From Camelus dromedarius (Eukaryota), in assembly GCF_036321535.1 (NCBI RefSeq), contig NC_087436.1, forward strand, positions 69,318,001 through 69,382,000: a stretch of 64,000 nucleotides of DNA. Reading direction: 5' to 3'. Shown piece after piece: positions 1-13,559 of this stretch. The first letter of the stretch is position 1; every line of letters begins with the position of its first letter. Both the position numbers and the translations under genes were made by a program. Below the pieces are notes generated by a model that saw only the letters and a list, made by a program, of their open reading frames with translations, ran no database searches and was not told where the DNA came from.

Positions 1-1500
1 TACAGGAAAAGTCTAGTGCTATTCACACCCTTCGTCTTTTGTTCATCAAGCAGTGTCTTCATTTCTACCTCATTGTTGAAGGAAATTTTGCCTGATAAAA
101 CTCTCAGTTAACAATTTTGTCTTTAAGACTTTGAATTTATCAACCCACTGCCTTCTGGCCTCCAAGGTTTCTAATGAGAATTGGCTGATTATTTTACTGA
201 AGTTAACTTTCATGTGATGCTTTTCTTCTTTCTGGCTCCTTTCAAGCTTTTCTCATTGTCTTTGTCATTCAGCAGCTTGATTCGAATATGTCTTTGTGTA
301 GCTCTCTTTGAATTTATCCCACCTGTAGTTCACTAAGCTTCTATTTTGAGACATTATTGCTTTAAATATCTTTTCTGCCCATTTCTGTCTCTCTGGGACT
401 CCCAGCATGTGTCTGCTCATGCACAGGATGGTGTCCCACAAGTCCCTTAGGCTTTGCTCATTTAGCTGCATTTGTTTCTCTTTCTGTTCTTTGAATTTGC
501 TAATTTCAGTTACTCTGTTTTCATTTTGCTGGTTCTTTTGCTCGCTCTTGTCTGATTTGGAACCCCTGAGGTAAAATTTTCATTTTAATTCTTGAAATTT
601 TTAGCTGTAGAATTTCTTCTTGACTCTTTTAAAAGAATTTATTTCTCTTTATCAATATTTTATATCTTATCTATATCTTTTGTTCTCTTTATAACTGTCT
701 CCCTGTGGTTCTTTGTGAATTTTTAAGACAGTGCTATTAAAATCTTTTTCTGGTAATTCCAAAATCCACGCTCCTTCACTAATTGTTTCTGTCTATTTTG
801 TTCCTTTGATTGGACCATCTTTTCACCTATGTATGCCTTGTGATATTTTTTTTCACCTATGTATGCCTTGTGATATTTGCTGAGAACTGTACATTTGAGG
901 TTTTTATAAAGTTCTAACTCCAGAAATCAGAATTTCCCCTTCTTAATTTTTTTTTTTTTATATTGTTGAAGGGTTTCTCTTTGCCAGGAATCAGTCTGAG
1001 GTAAAAGCTTTAGGTTTTCACAAGTCTTTTGTCAGCCTATGGTTTTCCCTGGACATACACAAAGCTTTCTAAATTTCACTGTATGTGAAGTTTTAAAAAA
1101 ATGGCCCCATTGGTGATTGTCTGACTCCCAGAGAAAAAAAGAAAAAAAAATAGTGCTCATCCTTTAAAATCCCTGGAAACTTCTGCTAATCGAAGTTGAA
1201 ACAACTGTGGCCAACTTCTGTGCCTACATGCCAGTGAACAAAGCATCAGTCATCAATCAGAATGCAGAACCAAAATCTGGAGATTAAGGTCATTATTTCC
1301 CAGCATAGCTCCAGCAAATCACACCAGGAATAAAACATGTTGGCTGTCATGGGACTGGGTGAGGTAGACTTAGAACTTGCTGCTATGCTAAATGGTTGAA
1401 TTTGTTTTAAAAAATTAACCACAAATTACTAGTCAGTCTCTCCACCGAAAAATTCAAGTGCTCACATAGAGTCCATATTTCCATCATAGTTACTTCAGAC
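1..1500 (-). mobile_element. Old L1 5'/ORF1 remnant in intron 3 (paralog at about 33560-35390)
   Basis: Minus-strand [12 protein letters not shown]...GVPE is ORF1-like; boundaries approximate. Confidence 0.65.
821..878. repeat. 30-bp tandem duplication, also present at 34701-34758
   Basis: TTTCACCTATGTATGCCTTGTGATATTT occurs twice. Confidence 0.9.
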
Positions 1501-2383
1501 AATTTCTTGGTGCTTCTGAATCTACCTTGATGTGACCCTTAAGCACTGTATTTTAATACAGTTGAAAATTTAATATTTTTCTGAAGATGCCATTTAGATG
1601 AGATGTTTAAATGGATATTGCTTCCACAAAATGATTTTTGAAAGTAATTTGGTTATGTGCACAAGACTTGTCATGATGTTTTGGAACTTAAAATTGCATA
1701 TAAAGTTAGCTATTTTATCTAAAGCTACAAGGTAAAAAGTGTCCCTGGCAAATTAGGAACACCATCACTCAGTTATAACCTAGGATGCTATCAATTAAAA
1801 AAATGCATAGTTTGTGGGAATGCCATAGAGTGAACTGCCATTAATCTTTTACAGTATTACTAAAATCTTTAACTGTTTACATAGAAGCATCACATTTAGG
1901 AGTATTCCTGGAATCTAAGCTGTCAGTTCCAGGTCCCAAACAATTAATTAAAAGGAGATGTACTCCGAGGCAGCCTGTGAATCAATGGTATAATTTTGAG
2001 TGTCTCTTCCTGTATTCTCTGACATGTTAGTTGTACCTTGTGTATATGCCACAGATTTAAAAAACAAATAACACAAAAAGAGGTTAGATTTCATGGAAAC
2101 CTTAAAACCTAGGCAAACAGCTGACCTATTGTTTAAGATCGAGAGTGACTTAGTTTTATCCCATTACATAAAGAAAATACGGCAATATGTTTTCCTGTCA
2201 GTAATGCCACATTTAAAGCAAGTAGCATAAAATATCTTCTTGTAACATTTAATATTTTTTCTTTACACTTTAGTTAAATTGATGCTAATATCAGTAGCTT
2301 TTCTTACATTTTTAAAGTGCACATTTAAGGAGATCCTCATAGATTTTAAAACAGCTGCTCTTCCAAAAATAACTTTATCTGAC

Positions 2384-2515
2384 CTTCTGTGGAATCTGGG
2401 CAAGGGCTGATGCAATCATCTTGGCCTTTTCTTCCGTGAGGTTTCTGATCATTGACCCCAGAGTAAACACCACAACTCCATCTTCTCCAGAGCTTTGGAC
2501 AAACTCTTCTAAGTC
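2384..2515 (-). CDS. UGT2C1-like: UGT2 copy A exon 3 (exons 4-6 would lie left of the window)
   Basis: Same protein sequence as copy B exon 3; AG/GT sites intact. Confidence 0.94.
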
Positions 2516-3576
2516 CTGTGAAGAAAACAATCTTTGTAATATGAAAGTTAACACTTACAAGAATAAGATAGTTACACACTTTTCTCAATGTGTCTGAATT
2601 ATTAGAAAGTTTCTGCTTTTTCATATGTTAACCATTTCAGAGTATGAAACATATGGCCTGAAATCCTTGGTTATTAGGCAAATTAAGAATAATTTAATTG
2701 TAAAACATGGGGGGAGATAGTCAATATATTGTAATAACTGCAAATGGAAAGCAACCTTTAAAAATTATATGAGATAAAAGATTTTAAAAATAATTTAAGC
2801 TGGAGGCTCCCTACTAGTATGTTCTAGACATTTCTGAGGTGTGTTTGTATCTCTGTTTACAAATCATTGACTACATGTTATCATTTGCCATGTGTTGAGC
2901 TCTTTATATGTGTCATTACACTCAGATATATGGTGATCTTAAGATATATGTATACATTTGCAGATGGGAAAGCTACCTCAGAGAGGTAAAATAATTTGTT
3001 GAAGGCTATAAAGCAGTAGCTGGCAGAGTCAGGTTTCTATTTAAGCTTGTTGTTTGTAAAGTGAATGACTATATTAGATACTGTCTATTGCCTTCCAACA
3101 GCCTCTCCACAAATCTCCAGATGAAGAATATCTGATTTCTGCTTCATGTTAAATAGTCCTGGTGCTTCATTTCATATTTAGCCTTGGGTGATAATAAGAT
3201 TATCATTCTTTCTTCTGCTGAATCCTGGTCAGAATAATGACATCCTTTTGGTACAATTTACTTTGTTCTGTTTTCTGAATTTCAATTTGTTTTTAATTTG
3301 GCCACATTTATACATTAGATAAGTTTCCACAAACACATTTAGGATTGAGGAAGCCATATAATTTCTGACCAGGTAATTGATGCAGGAATTCCTCTAATGC
3401 ATACTTTGCAAATGACAGTAATAGTATAGAAAAATTAGGCTTGGAATCCAAAATAAAAATAGCATATTTAATCTTCCTGAAGTAAAAAGAAATCTTTTCA
3501 TCCTATGTTTAGTTCCTAACTAAGCTAAGTCAACCAAATAAGATAAGGAAAACATGCATGAGGTTTGAAATTGAAG

Positions 3577-3937
3577 ACAGGGAAGAGATTTATTTTAAGC
3601 ATTTGACTCACATGATTATGGAGGCCAGCAAGTTTAACATCTACAGAATAGGCCATCAGACTGAAGACTCAAGGAGCAGTCCCTGTTATAGGTCAAGTCT
3701 GAAGGCCCTCTTGGCAGAACTCTTTTTCACATGGGAGAGTTCAGTCTTTTCTATTCAGTTCTTCAACTCATTGGATGAGGCTCACCCACAAATGCAGAGC
3801 AGTTTACTTTACTCAAGGTCCACATATTTAATGTTAATGTCAGCCAAATACACCCTCACAGAAACTTCCAGAGTGATGTTTGGCTAAATAGCTGGGTCCC
3901 AGGCCCAGGGAAGCTGACACATAAAATTAACCATATA
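3577..3937 (+). mobile_element. MLT2-type LTR fragment in intron 2 (paralog at about 37457-37817)
   Basis: GATTTATTTTAAG...CATGATTATGGAGGC and the end GACACATAAAATTAACCAT. Confidence 0.7.
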
Positions 3938-4290
3938 CTATTCTGATAGATGGATTGATTTAACATGGAAATTTATTTTCAATGACAGCAGAGTATTCTT
4001 GAGATACTGGGAAATATTTTAACATTTCTGCAGAATGTACATGTTCATAAAGACTTAATGAAGTATGAAAAAGGAAAGGAAATATGGGGACTACTTCAAC
4101 CAGATAATAACACATAATACAAAAGGAAGGCTCCTGACCTGCTGATTGCAGTCTACTGGTGTAAGAGAGTCATGACCGCTAATTCCTGAGCATGTGTTTT
4201 CAGCTGGCAGATCAAATACTATCAATAACAAACTGGAAATCATTTCAGCAGGTAAGTTCTCAAACAGGCAAAATCAGCACATTCAAGTAC

Positions 4291-4439
4291 CTTCGGTAGG
4301 GGCTTCGCAGGCTTGCAGTGCAGTCCTCCAACAAATTCAACATTAGGTAAGTATGGTTGAGGAAATTCAAAATCCCAGTAAGTTCGAATCAACCACATTT
4401 CAGCTTTCCCCATAGTCTCACATAATGTGGTAGGTTTTC
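4291..4439 (-). CDS. UGT2C1-like: UGT2 copy A exon 2
   Basis: Same protein sequence as copy B exon 2; AG/GT sites intact. Confidence 0.94.
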
Positions 4440-5602
4440 CTGAATAAAAATGAAGGATGATAGAGAGGAAACAAGCTGACATGTTATAAGGGAACTGTTT
4501 CACCATCTACTTTTCTAAGAGAAATCTTTGAAGATACTGGCCCTATGTTATCTCCGTGAAATCCATTGACCTTTTCCCCAAGAGTACAAATAGTGAGATT
4601 ATCAATAACCAAAGACCAATTTAAGCATGGAACAAAGCCAAAAGCCCGCCGCTTCATCTCTGCCAACAGAGTCTTCTGCTTGAGCTAAGCCTGAGCCCCA
4701 CTCCACGCTCAGCAAGGACACCTGCTCCGAGCCAGGAACAAGAAACTCAGGCAGTGATCCTCAAACTTCTATGGTCGTGTCTCCTCCTCTTCTCGAGAAC
4801 CCTCTTCTCCAATTTTTTGCATCCTTGTTGCCCCAAGAACCTCTGGTTTCTTAAAAAAAACAACTTTTTACTGTATCCATCTTTTCCCCTAGTGTTTTCC
4901 AGTGTGCTGTCACAACTCATTACATCATATCGGGAATGAATTATTAAAAGGAAATTTTTTTAAGTGATTTTCTCCTTTGCCATACAAAATGGAAGTTCCT
5001 GTTGGACAAGCCTTTTGTCCTCTTTGGGGAAGATATAGCAATGTTTAATAAGCTGGTGGTGAAATATTTAGTATTTTGACACATTTAGCTGACTAACAGT
5101 AAAAAGGGGGTCTCTTTCAACTGAATGGCAACGAAGTGACTATTAACAGCTTAAGAACTGAAAGTAGTGACTGAGAAGTAAATCACTTCTCTTTGTTTGG
5201 AGTCCGAGCTGCATTTCTGCATTCTATTCAATTACTGTGGTGTAAGGAACCTTATCCAGGGTTTTGGCGTCCTTTTGAAATACATACTCAGTATCACTAA
5301 TATGAAGACACTGTAGCTTTATGTTGTCCCATCACATGGCTTTTTGAATATTCTCCTTGATGTTCTGAGTGTGCTTAAGTTCTGATTAGCAAATGTGAGG
5401 GATTTTGAACTGACCACTACAATCTATCTGTGTAAGAGATCACAAGCAAATCTCAGTAATTTAAGTGTTTGATTCTGATAATGAGAACGGAATTCAAAAT
5501 CCAGTTTCATACTCAGTGCTTGTCCCATTTCAGTGGCTTATTGGTGTAGCCTTGGGTATAATCTTCTTCCCTTTGTGTGATGCTTCACTCTCACACCATC
5601 TT

Positions 5603-6160
5603 TTTGACAGGTTTATTAAGATAGAATTTACATATTGTATAATTCTTCCTTTTAAATATACAACTGAGTAGTTTTTAGTATATTCATAAGGTTGTGAAAC
5701 CATCTCCACTACTATATTTTACAAATTGTTATTACTCCTGAAAGAGAGCCCGTATCCATTGGTAGTCATTCTCCCTTTCTTCCTTTTCTGAGCCCCTGAC
5801 AACCACTGATCTACTTCTTTCTTTATTTGACTATTCCAGAAAATCTCATTTCATTTAATGTAAATGAAAGTATACACTGCGTGGTCTTTTGTGCTGCCTT
5901 CTTCCCCTTAGCATAGTGTTTTCAAGGTTCATCCCTGTGGTAGTGTGTATCAGTACTTCCTTACTTTTTATTGCTGAGTAATACTTTTGTTTGGCTATAC
6001 TTCATTTTGTTTATCCACTCATCATTGATGACCATTTGGGTTGTTTCCATATTTGGATACTGTGGATAATGCTCTACGAGCAATCATGTATATGTTTTGT
6101 GTTGACACATGTTTATTTCCCTTGGTTACAAACCTAGGAGTAGAAATTGAGGAACATATG
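5603..6160 (-). mobile_element. Old L1 3' end fragment (paralog at about 39483-40040)
   Basis: Typical antisense L1M 3'UTR text (CTTAGCATAGTGTTTTCAAGGTTCATCC). Confidence 0.7.
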
Positions 6161-7705
6161 GTTCCTTCACTTTGTTTCATAACAATATCTTTTTGTTGTT
6201 AAATCTGCACTCCTATATTAGTACTATGTTGTGTTTAATGGATTGAAATGAAGACAATATAGTTTGAGAGGTAAAAAATAATGTTTGATATGCATGACAT
6301 GATTGTGAAAAGATATCTCAAAGTTGGAAAGGCATTTCACAAATTTTGAAAGGACATGCCACTTTTGATGTTATGTTGGGGCATTTCTTGAGGAATGAAT
6401 GATTTGAAGATTAGTTACATATATAGAAAATTGTGCATATATATGACTTTGTCACTTATTATCATTTTATTGTGGATTTTTGAGTTCAGATAGTTTGAAT
6501 TTGAATGTGAACTTGTATGTTTCTGTCTGGTAGAAATGAGCATCCCCCCAAAATATGTCTTTATTGCACTATGGGATTTTTACCATTTTGGGGTCTAACC
6601 TAGCACTATTACTCTAATATTCCTCTTTCCCTCAAAATGATTTTAAATAGTTCCTCAAAATACGTTTTGAAAGAGGTGCTGTCTTACTGGTTTCCTCCTC
6701 AATTATTTCAACATATCTATGACATGGTTCAATTAATAATTGTATAAGTTATGACTTATATATTTAGAATTTGAAACACACTTTAAATAGATTTTATAAT
6801 AAAGATCCTAAATTCTGAATAGCAAAATAACAATCTGTACCTTACAGCATTTTTAAATGTATGATGAGAGTAAAGAAAGTATTTTTCCTATTTACAAAGT
6901 CTTTATTCTTCTTTCTCAGATTGATATACTGCTACCCTCCAAATATTCTTAAGTAAAAACAGCTATGAAATATTTAGAGACTATGATCACTGTGTCCTAC
7001 CAGTAATGCTTCATTATGAAAGAGGTTTCACCACTGAGTACCAAACTGCTGGAATCAGAAATAAACAAATAACCTTGATTCAGCTGTAGATCAGTCACTG
7101 TTTGATGTATGACTCAGTAATGTCACCACGAGTAGATTTTAAATTATCTATTCTCAGTTTTGCCATTTGCAGTTTGGATTCTGAACATGGGTGACTGGTG
7201 ACTGATGGGTACAGCAGCTTTTGTGCACATTTTCTTTAGGGTCAAGTTTAGAGAAATAAACACATTCTTCTCTCACAGAATGCCCAGGAAATGTTTCAAA
7301 GCAATTTGTCAACCTTGATTATGACACATGCCGTTCTGAACATAAGGCATATTCCTGGGCAGCATTCTTTAGAGGCACTCATAGTGTTTGTGAGTTGTTG
7401 AAAAAATAATTTTGCAGAGGGAATTTAGAACAGATATCTCAAAAAACAAAGAGGGAAATGGCTATATATAACAATAGTTCACAAGTACAAACAAATTTAA
7501 AAAATTTTAGGAATGAACACAATTTTTAGGAATGATAGATTATTAGACATATACTCTGTTAAAATTAGTAAGAAGGAAAATAATTGAAAAATTCATACGT
7601 AACTGCAAAAGACCCCAAATATCCAGTCATCCTGAGATAGAAGAAGAAACCTGGAGGCATCACACTTACTGATTTCAAGCAGTATTATAAAGTTATACTA
7701 ATCCA

Positions 7706-7826
7706 GGTCTTTTTTGCGGTGTGGGGGGGATTATTACATTTATTTATTTATTTTTCAGAGTTACTGGGATTGAAGTGGGACCTCGTGCATGCTAAGCATG
7801 CACTCTACCACTGAACTATACCTTGG
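7706..7826 (-). mobile_element. tRNA-derived SINE, camelid vic-1-like
   Basis: Minus strand reads GGTATAGTTCAGTGGTAGAGTGCATGCTTAGCATGCACGAGGTCC...TTCAATCCCAG with a TAAA-repeat tail; TSD AG(T/C)TATACTAATCCA at 7691-7705 and 7827-7841. Confidence 0.8.
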
Positions 7827-9284
7827 AGCTATACTAATCCAAACCATATGGGACAGGCATGAAAACAGACACACGGAAAAGCAGAACAGAATGAAGAGCC
7901 CAGAAATAAACCCATGCATATTTGGTCAACTAATATTTCACCAGAAGGCCAAAAAATATTCCAAGGAGGAAGACAGTTTTTAAAAAAGTTCTTGCTGAAA
8001 AAGTTAGATATTCACATGCAAAAGAATGAAGCTAGACCTTGATCTTACTCCACTATAAAAGTACTCTTAAATGAATGACAGACTTAAATGTAAGACCTAA
8101 AACCATAAAATTCCTAGCAGAAAACACAGGGGATGTATTTCTTGACATGGGCCTTGACAGAGATTTTTAAAAGTATGAAAGTTAATGCATAAACAACAAT
8201 GTTAAAAATAAACAAATGGGACTACTTGAAACTAAAAAGCTTCTGCACAGCAAAAGAAATGATCGACATAATGAGAAGGCAACCTATGAAGTGGGAGAAC
8301 ATATTTGCAAACCCTATGTCTGACTAGGTGTTGCCACCTGAAATACATAAGGAACTCACCTAAATCAATAGCACGAAACCAAGCAATTCAATAAAAAAAA
8401 TTATCAAAGGACCTGAATAGACATTTTTCCAAAGAAAATATTCAAATGGCAACAAATACATGAAAAGATGCTCAACATTGCTAGTCATCAAGGAAATGCA
8501 AATTGAAATCAAAATGAGGTATCACCTTTCACCTGTTAGGATGGCTATTATCAAAAAAAAAAAAAAAAACAAACAAACTGAGAGACAACAAATGGTAGCG
8601 AGGATGTGGAGAAAAAGGAGCCGTGTGCACTGTCAATGGGAAGGTACATGGTGCAGGACTATGGAAAACAATATGGAAATAAAAGTACCATATGATCCAG
8701 CAATTCCACTTCTAGGTATATACCTGAAGGAAAGGTTATCCCTGCATCCGCATGTTCACTGCAGCATTATTTACGACAGCCCAAACTGGAAACAATCTCA
8801 GTGTTTATGGATAGGTAAGTGAATAAAGAAAATATGGTTATTATACAATGAGCTGTCTCAATATGGACGGAGATTGGGGAAATTATGTTAAGTGAAGTAA
8901 GTCAGAAAGGAAAAGTTATAACTTATATGTAGAATCTGAAGAGAAACAAATCAAAAAAGAAAGTGGACTCATAGAAACAGAGAACCGATTGGTGGTCACC
9001 AGATATTGGGGTTGGAAATTGTGCATAATAGGTAGGAGAGGGTGGACAAATTGTACAGATTTTCTGTTCTAAAATAAGTAAAGCAGGAGATGTAATGTCC
9101 AGCATGGTGACTAGAGTTAATCACATTGCACTATGTATTTGACAGGTACTAACAGTAGATCTTAAAAGTGCTATCTCAGGATAAAAAATTTTGTAGCTCT
9201 TTGTAGTGGTGGATGTTATCTAGTGTTACTGTGGTGATTATTTCATGATACATACCAATAAAAAATCATTATGTTGTATACCTG

Positions 9285-9765
9285 TGTTGAAACAATATGA
9301 TTTTAAGTCAGGAGAAGAAAAATTTTACTAAAATTTTCTTTGCCATTTGAATCACTACACTGTTGTCTCCCTTTCACTGTACATTGTGCATCTGCATTAT
9401 ACATTAACCAGATCCCCTCGGAAGACACAGGAAAACTTACTCACCAAAAAAAAACAATTTTGTACTGATGCTAGCAATGTAACACCTTTAAAGATAACAT
9501 TACTCCCTTAATCCCTTAGGGGTTACAATGACCCACTACATGGCCTTTTGGACTTAACTGTCAATACATTGCTTTGATGTATAAAACTTTTTGTGGTATA
9601 ATCCATTGTCTCAAAAACTTATATAACTGTGCTGTGGCTTCTAATGGGCAGAACATTCCTTAGAGCTTCTCGACAAACTCTCTCCAGGATTATAATCCTC
9701 AGGTTGATGGCAATAAATTTTTCATTTCTTTTGTAGGGTGACTATTGAATAATTTTTTGTCAATA
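9285..9765 (+). mobile_element. Solo LTR (ERV1-like) inserted in an L1 3' end in intron 1 of copy A
   Basis: Termini TGTTGA...TCAATA, AATAAA near 9712, 4-bp TSD CCTG/TCTG; the L1 tail resumes after it. Confidence 0.7.
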
Positions 9766-10578
9766 TCTGAAAATAATACAATGTTACATATGCTAAGCGT
9801 ATTTTTTAAAAACTAACTAAATAATGTAAGCAGGGTCCTGCTTCCTCAGAGGTAACTAGTCTCTTAGGCAAAATTTCCTCAACAAAATTATATAAAAAAA
9901 TTTAATTAAAAAAATTAATTATGCAAAAGGGACAAAGAAGAGTAAATAGAGTTGGTAAAATAGAAAAAAATCTTTGTGCTTAGGGTCACAGCTAGTTGAC
10001 CTCTAATGTAATTTTGCATAGAAAAACAAGAAAACAATGAGTTAAGTTAAAAATCTAGAAACATGGTCCTTTTGAGAAAAATCTTCCTTTTCTTGCCTTT
10101 TCAAAGAAGAGCAGATGAAACTTAGGTACATTTATTTGTTTTCTAGTTTCATGTTTACCCCATGCCAAGTCCGGCAACCAATCAACCAAGCCTTGATAGG
10201 AGGCAAAAAGAAAGTCTGAGAAAAAGCAAGTTAATTAGAAAGAAAACAGAGTGTATAAAAGTAAACAAGAGAGTAGTCCAAACTTATAGAAATAAAAGAC
10301 ATTGTCATATTTGGTTTCTCCAGTTACTCTAAAAATCTTATTAGTATCAAGCAAGACCTATGAATATAGAGAATATTTTCTTCTCTGATATGGTGCCAGT
10401 ACTCAATTATGGAAAAATACAATAAGAAAAGATTACTATTTTTTCCACTCAAAATAGTTTAGGTACAAGAACTAGGGTCCTCCCTAAAAATCCCTTTTGT
10501 CAGTTTTCATACAGTCAGACAAATATTTACATTTAATATATGAAATAAGAATCCTTATTACATGCAAATTTCTCTTAC

Positions 10579-11299
10579 CTAAAACCTTGCTGTAATATGC
10601 ATCCCATTCCGGAAATACATAGTAAGAATACAGGATATCAATTAGTGTGTACAATAACCAATTCTCCAGCCTCTGTACAAAAGTCATGTTGTCTGTCAGT
10701 CTTGATGTACTTCCAGGAACGTAGGAAGAAGGCATCGGAAGCCCAGCACACCATCTCTCAATGACATTCCCATAGGAAAACCGGAAAGAGTATATAAATG
10801 GAATATTGAGGAGCTCAGCCACTAACTCCCCACAAAAGCTTAAAGGGTCAGCCAAGCAGATATCAAACTTAGCTGCCTGTAGTCTGCTGAGTAAATCCTT
10901 ATCTGTGATAGCACTGTCACATACTCTTTTCATTGTTCTAAAAAAACTTTGGCCTATTTTTGTCAGTTTTATATGCATTTCCCACCAGGAGAGATTTGAC
11001 AGTTCAAAAGAAGCTGAATAGAGAGCTGTGTCGAGTTCTTCCCTGAGAGTTTCTTTAGTTACCGGAAGTTGGAGGATCTCCACATTAAAAGGAATCTTGG
11101 TATGATCAAGCAGGAGACTTGGTGAAGGTACCAGGACAGTTATCTCGTGCCCACGATGGCGGAGTTCTTCCAGAATCACATTTAAATTAATCCAGTGACT
11201 GAAATCCATGGGCCATACAAGTACTTTCCCAGTCCTTCCAGAGTCAAAGAAACCCAGATGCAGCATGAAAAGGACACAGAAGCCTTTCACAGTCTTCAT
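10579..11299 (-). CDS. UGT2C1-like: UGT2 copy A exon 1
   Basis: Open 721-bp exon paralogous to copy B exon 1 (9 aa differences); donor TAG|GTAAGA. Confidence 0.94.
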
Positions 11300-11343
11300 G
11301 ATTAACTCTTGCTGAAAGCAAATCTGAGCTTAAACCAAGTGCA

Positions 11344-11438
11344 TGACTCACAGTACAAAGACATTTCCTTGTTCTAAGCGATCAGTTTATACTAGGTTGG
11401 GCTGAACTTTGAAGTGTGTACTTTGTATTATGGATTAA
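11344..11438 (-). promoter_or_regulatory. Proximal promoter of copy A: TATAAA (11386-11391), two HNF4-like motifs CAAAGTTCA (11403-11411) and CAAAGTACA (11417-11425), AP-1-like TGAGTCA (11344-11350), weak HNF1-like site near 11428-11438
   Basis: Motifs read directly, about 45-140 bp upstream of the ATG and conserved in copy B. HNF4/HNF1 control is established for UGT genes. Function here is inferred. Confidence 0.6.
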
Positions 11439-11559
11439 AATGAATCGAAACTACTTTGATGGAGAAAAGAAAGGTTGAGAAGATCAATATCCTGAGTTAT
11501 GAAAGAAATACTCAGAATGAGAATTTCAAAACTTTTTTTGGAGGATATAAAAATAAAGA

Positions 11560-12620
11560 GCCACACAGCTACAGGTGGCAAGAATATACACTGGAAAAAA
11601 GATAAACTCTTCCACACGTGGTGTTGAGAAATCTGGGCAGCTGCATGTAAATCGATGAAGCTGGAATATTCCCTCAAGCCACACACACTGGAGTAAAAAG
11701 TTCGTGGGATCAGGAGAAGGCTCACAAGCACAAGCACTTCAGGCTCTGCTCTAGGGAAAGCAATGGGGGGACCCCAAAACTCAGATCAGCAATGCAGACT
11801 CAAAAGAAGGTATTTAATCTGGGGATATTCCTGGAGGATTTCTTCTTCTCAAGTGAGAAGAAGAAACATGGAGGAGGTGTATCCAAGAAACACCTGAGGA
11901 AGTCTCAGAATGTCTAGTCAGACTGATGGGTGGAAGTATTTGTGTCTCAAAGCCAGTCAGTAAAGACTGGACTTGGTGACTGATTCCTTAAATGCAAATT
12001 CCAACACAAGCCTATGAAGAACATGAGAAATCAAGGAAGTACAACACCACCAAGGGAGCACAAGGATTTTCCAGCAAACAACTACAAAGAAATACAGATG
12101 TATAAGTTGCCTGAAAAGAATTTTAAATAATGTTTTTAGGAAGCTGAGGAAGCTATGGGAAAACAGAGGCAAGGAAATGCAGTTCAATGAAAAGACATCA
12201 CTACTGACCTGATTGAAATAGGAGACTGAATACAGAAATAAGAAAAATTAAAAGTAAAGTGGGAAAAATCATTAAAAAAAGATGGTTAGCTTAATTAAGA
12301 ACAACAAGAAGAAACAAGGAAACAAACCTGCCATAAATCTTGGAGCTAAGGAATCTGCTGAATGAAATGAAAAATGAATACAGGGCCTCAGAAGCAGACT
12401 CAATCAAGCAGAGTAAAGAATCTGTGAACACAAAGACAGGTCATTTGAAGTTATACAGTTAGAGGAGAGGAAAAAAAAAAACTAGAAAAGTGTGAAGTAA
12501 ACTTATGGGTATCATAGGATAACTTAAAGTTGAGAATAGTTGCACTGTGGGCTTCATAGAAGGAGTAGAAGGGAAGCAAGGTACAGAAATCTTATTTAAG
12601 AAATAATACCTAAAATATTG
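11560..12620 (+). mobile_element. L1 fragments upstream of the promoter (paralog at about 45430-46405)
   Basis: Short ORF2-like piece followed by decayed ORF1-like sequence. Confidence 0.55.
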
Positions 12621-13559
12621 GGTAATATCTTATATCAGTGATTCTTCTTTATAAGTTTTATTTTGAACCACGGAGGAGATAAAGAACTATGACCTTCAGT
12701 CAATGAATTCATCCATTATCAGTATTACTCCAACAGTATTATTAAGTGTACTTTGGTCTGGTTTTTAATCATTTTGCATGTTAGTAGGAAGAAATATACA
12801 AAGTGCTTCAGTTATTATTTAATTTATAGAAGTCTGGAAAAATAAGAGGATGTACATTTTCTGAGATATGAGTTCAGTTAGTCACTAAACTTCTACATTA
12901 CAAAAATCCCTTTCTTGTTATAAAGACTCCTCAGTTTCTGCTGTAATTTGTCCACTAAAGTAAGTTCCAAGTTGACTGAACTGCTTAGGAATTGAGGGAT
13001 TGACTCCAGTTCTGGCTATGATGGTATAACTGGGGCCAAAATAATTCTCTGCCATAAGCAACTAAAAAGTTCACCAAATTAGTTAAAAAATTGGCCAAAT
13101 TATATGTAACAGTTTTCTTCAGATATTGAACAGTAGGCATCACAGAAACTTGAGAACTAAGAGAAGGGAAGCTTATGAGGTGAACCTTAGACTCTCTAGC
13201 TTTAAGACTCTAGCCACTTTCGAGGTTTCCTTGTAAGGACCAGGATCTCTAGCAGAAACTGTGGGTACCACGGATTGACGTAAAAGAAGGTCGGGTCTAA
13301 GGATGCTTGATATCTGGAATAAGAATTGCATACATTGGGAATTCAAAATGTCCCACCATGTCTTCTACTGAACAATTAAGCTGCTCATTTAAGAGTTCAG
13401 GTTGACATGCTGAAGTTAGTTTTCACTCATGGTGTTCAAATATTTTGATTTTATACCACTTTAAAAAATGTCAGCCTTATGAACTGTTTAAATTACTAAA
13501 ATCCCAGTTAGGTAAACAGAATGTGACCTTTTTGCAGAGTTCATGAGATAATAAGATAA

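Larger units (their letters stand above)
7570..9800 (+). mobile_element. 5'-truncated L1 (ORF2 C-terminus and 3'UTR) carrying SINE and LTR insertions (paralog at about 41450-43670)
   Basis: [15 protein letters not shown]...[21 protein letters not shown]. Confidence 0.8.

Noticed and set aside
2346..2624. 92-aa ORF over exon 3, and the plus-strand ORFs over exon 6
   Set aside because: These are the wrong frame or strand. The true UGT exon frame is defined by its splice sites.
3558..3887. 109-aa ORF conserved at 37438, and other ORFs seen twice (19897, 20202, 21018)
   Set aside because: They lie in or beside decayed repeats (MLT2, Tigger1), and the conservation only reflects the recent duplication.
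7706..7826. tRNA-like sequence
   Set aside because: The TSD, simple-repeat tail and decayed stems indicate a SINE, not a tRNA gene.
10484..10578. 30-codon read-through of exon 1 into intron 1 in both copies (271-aa ORFs)
   Set aside because: A strong canonical donor lies at 10578/44447. Sharing is explained by the duplication, and the sequence gives no evidence of a truncated isoform.
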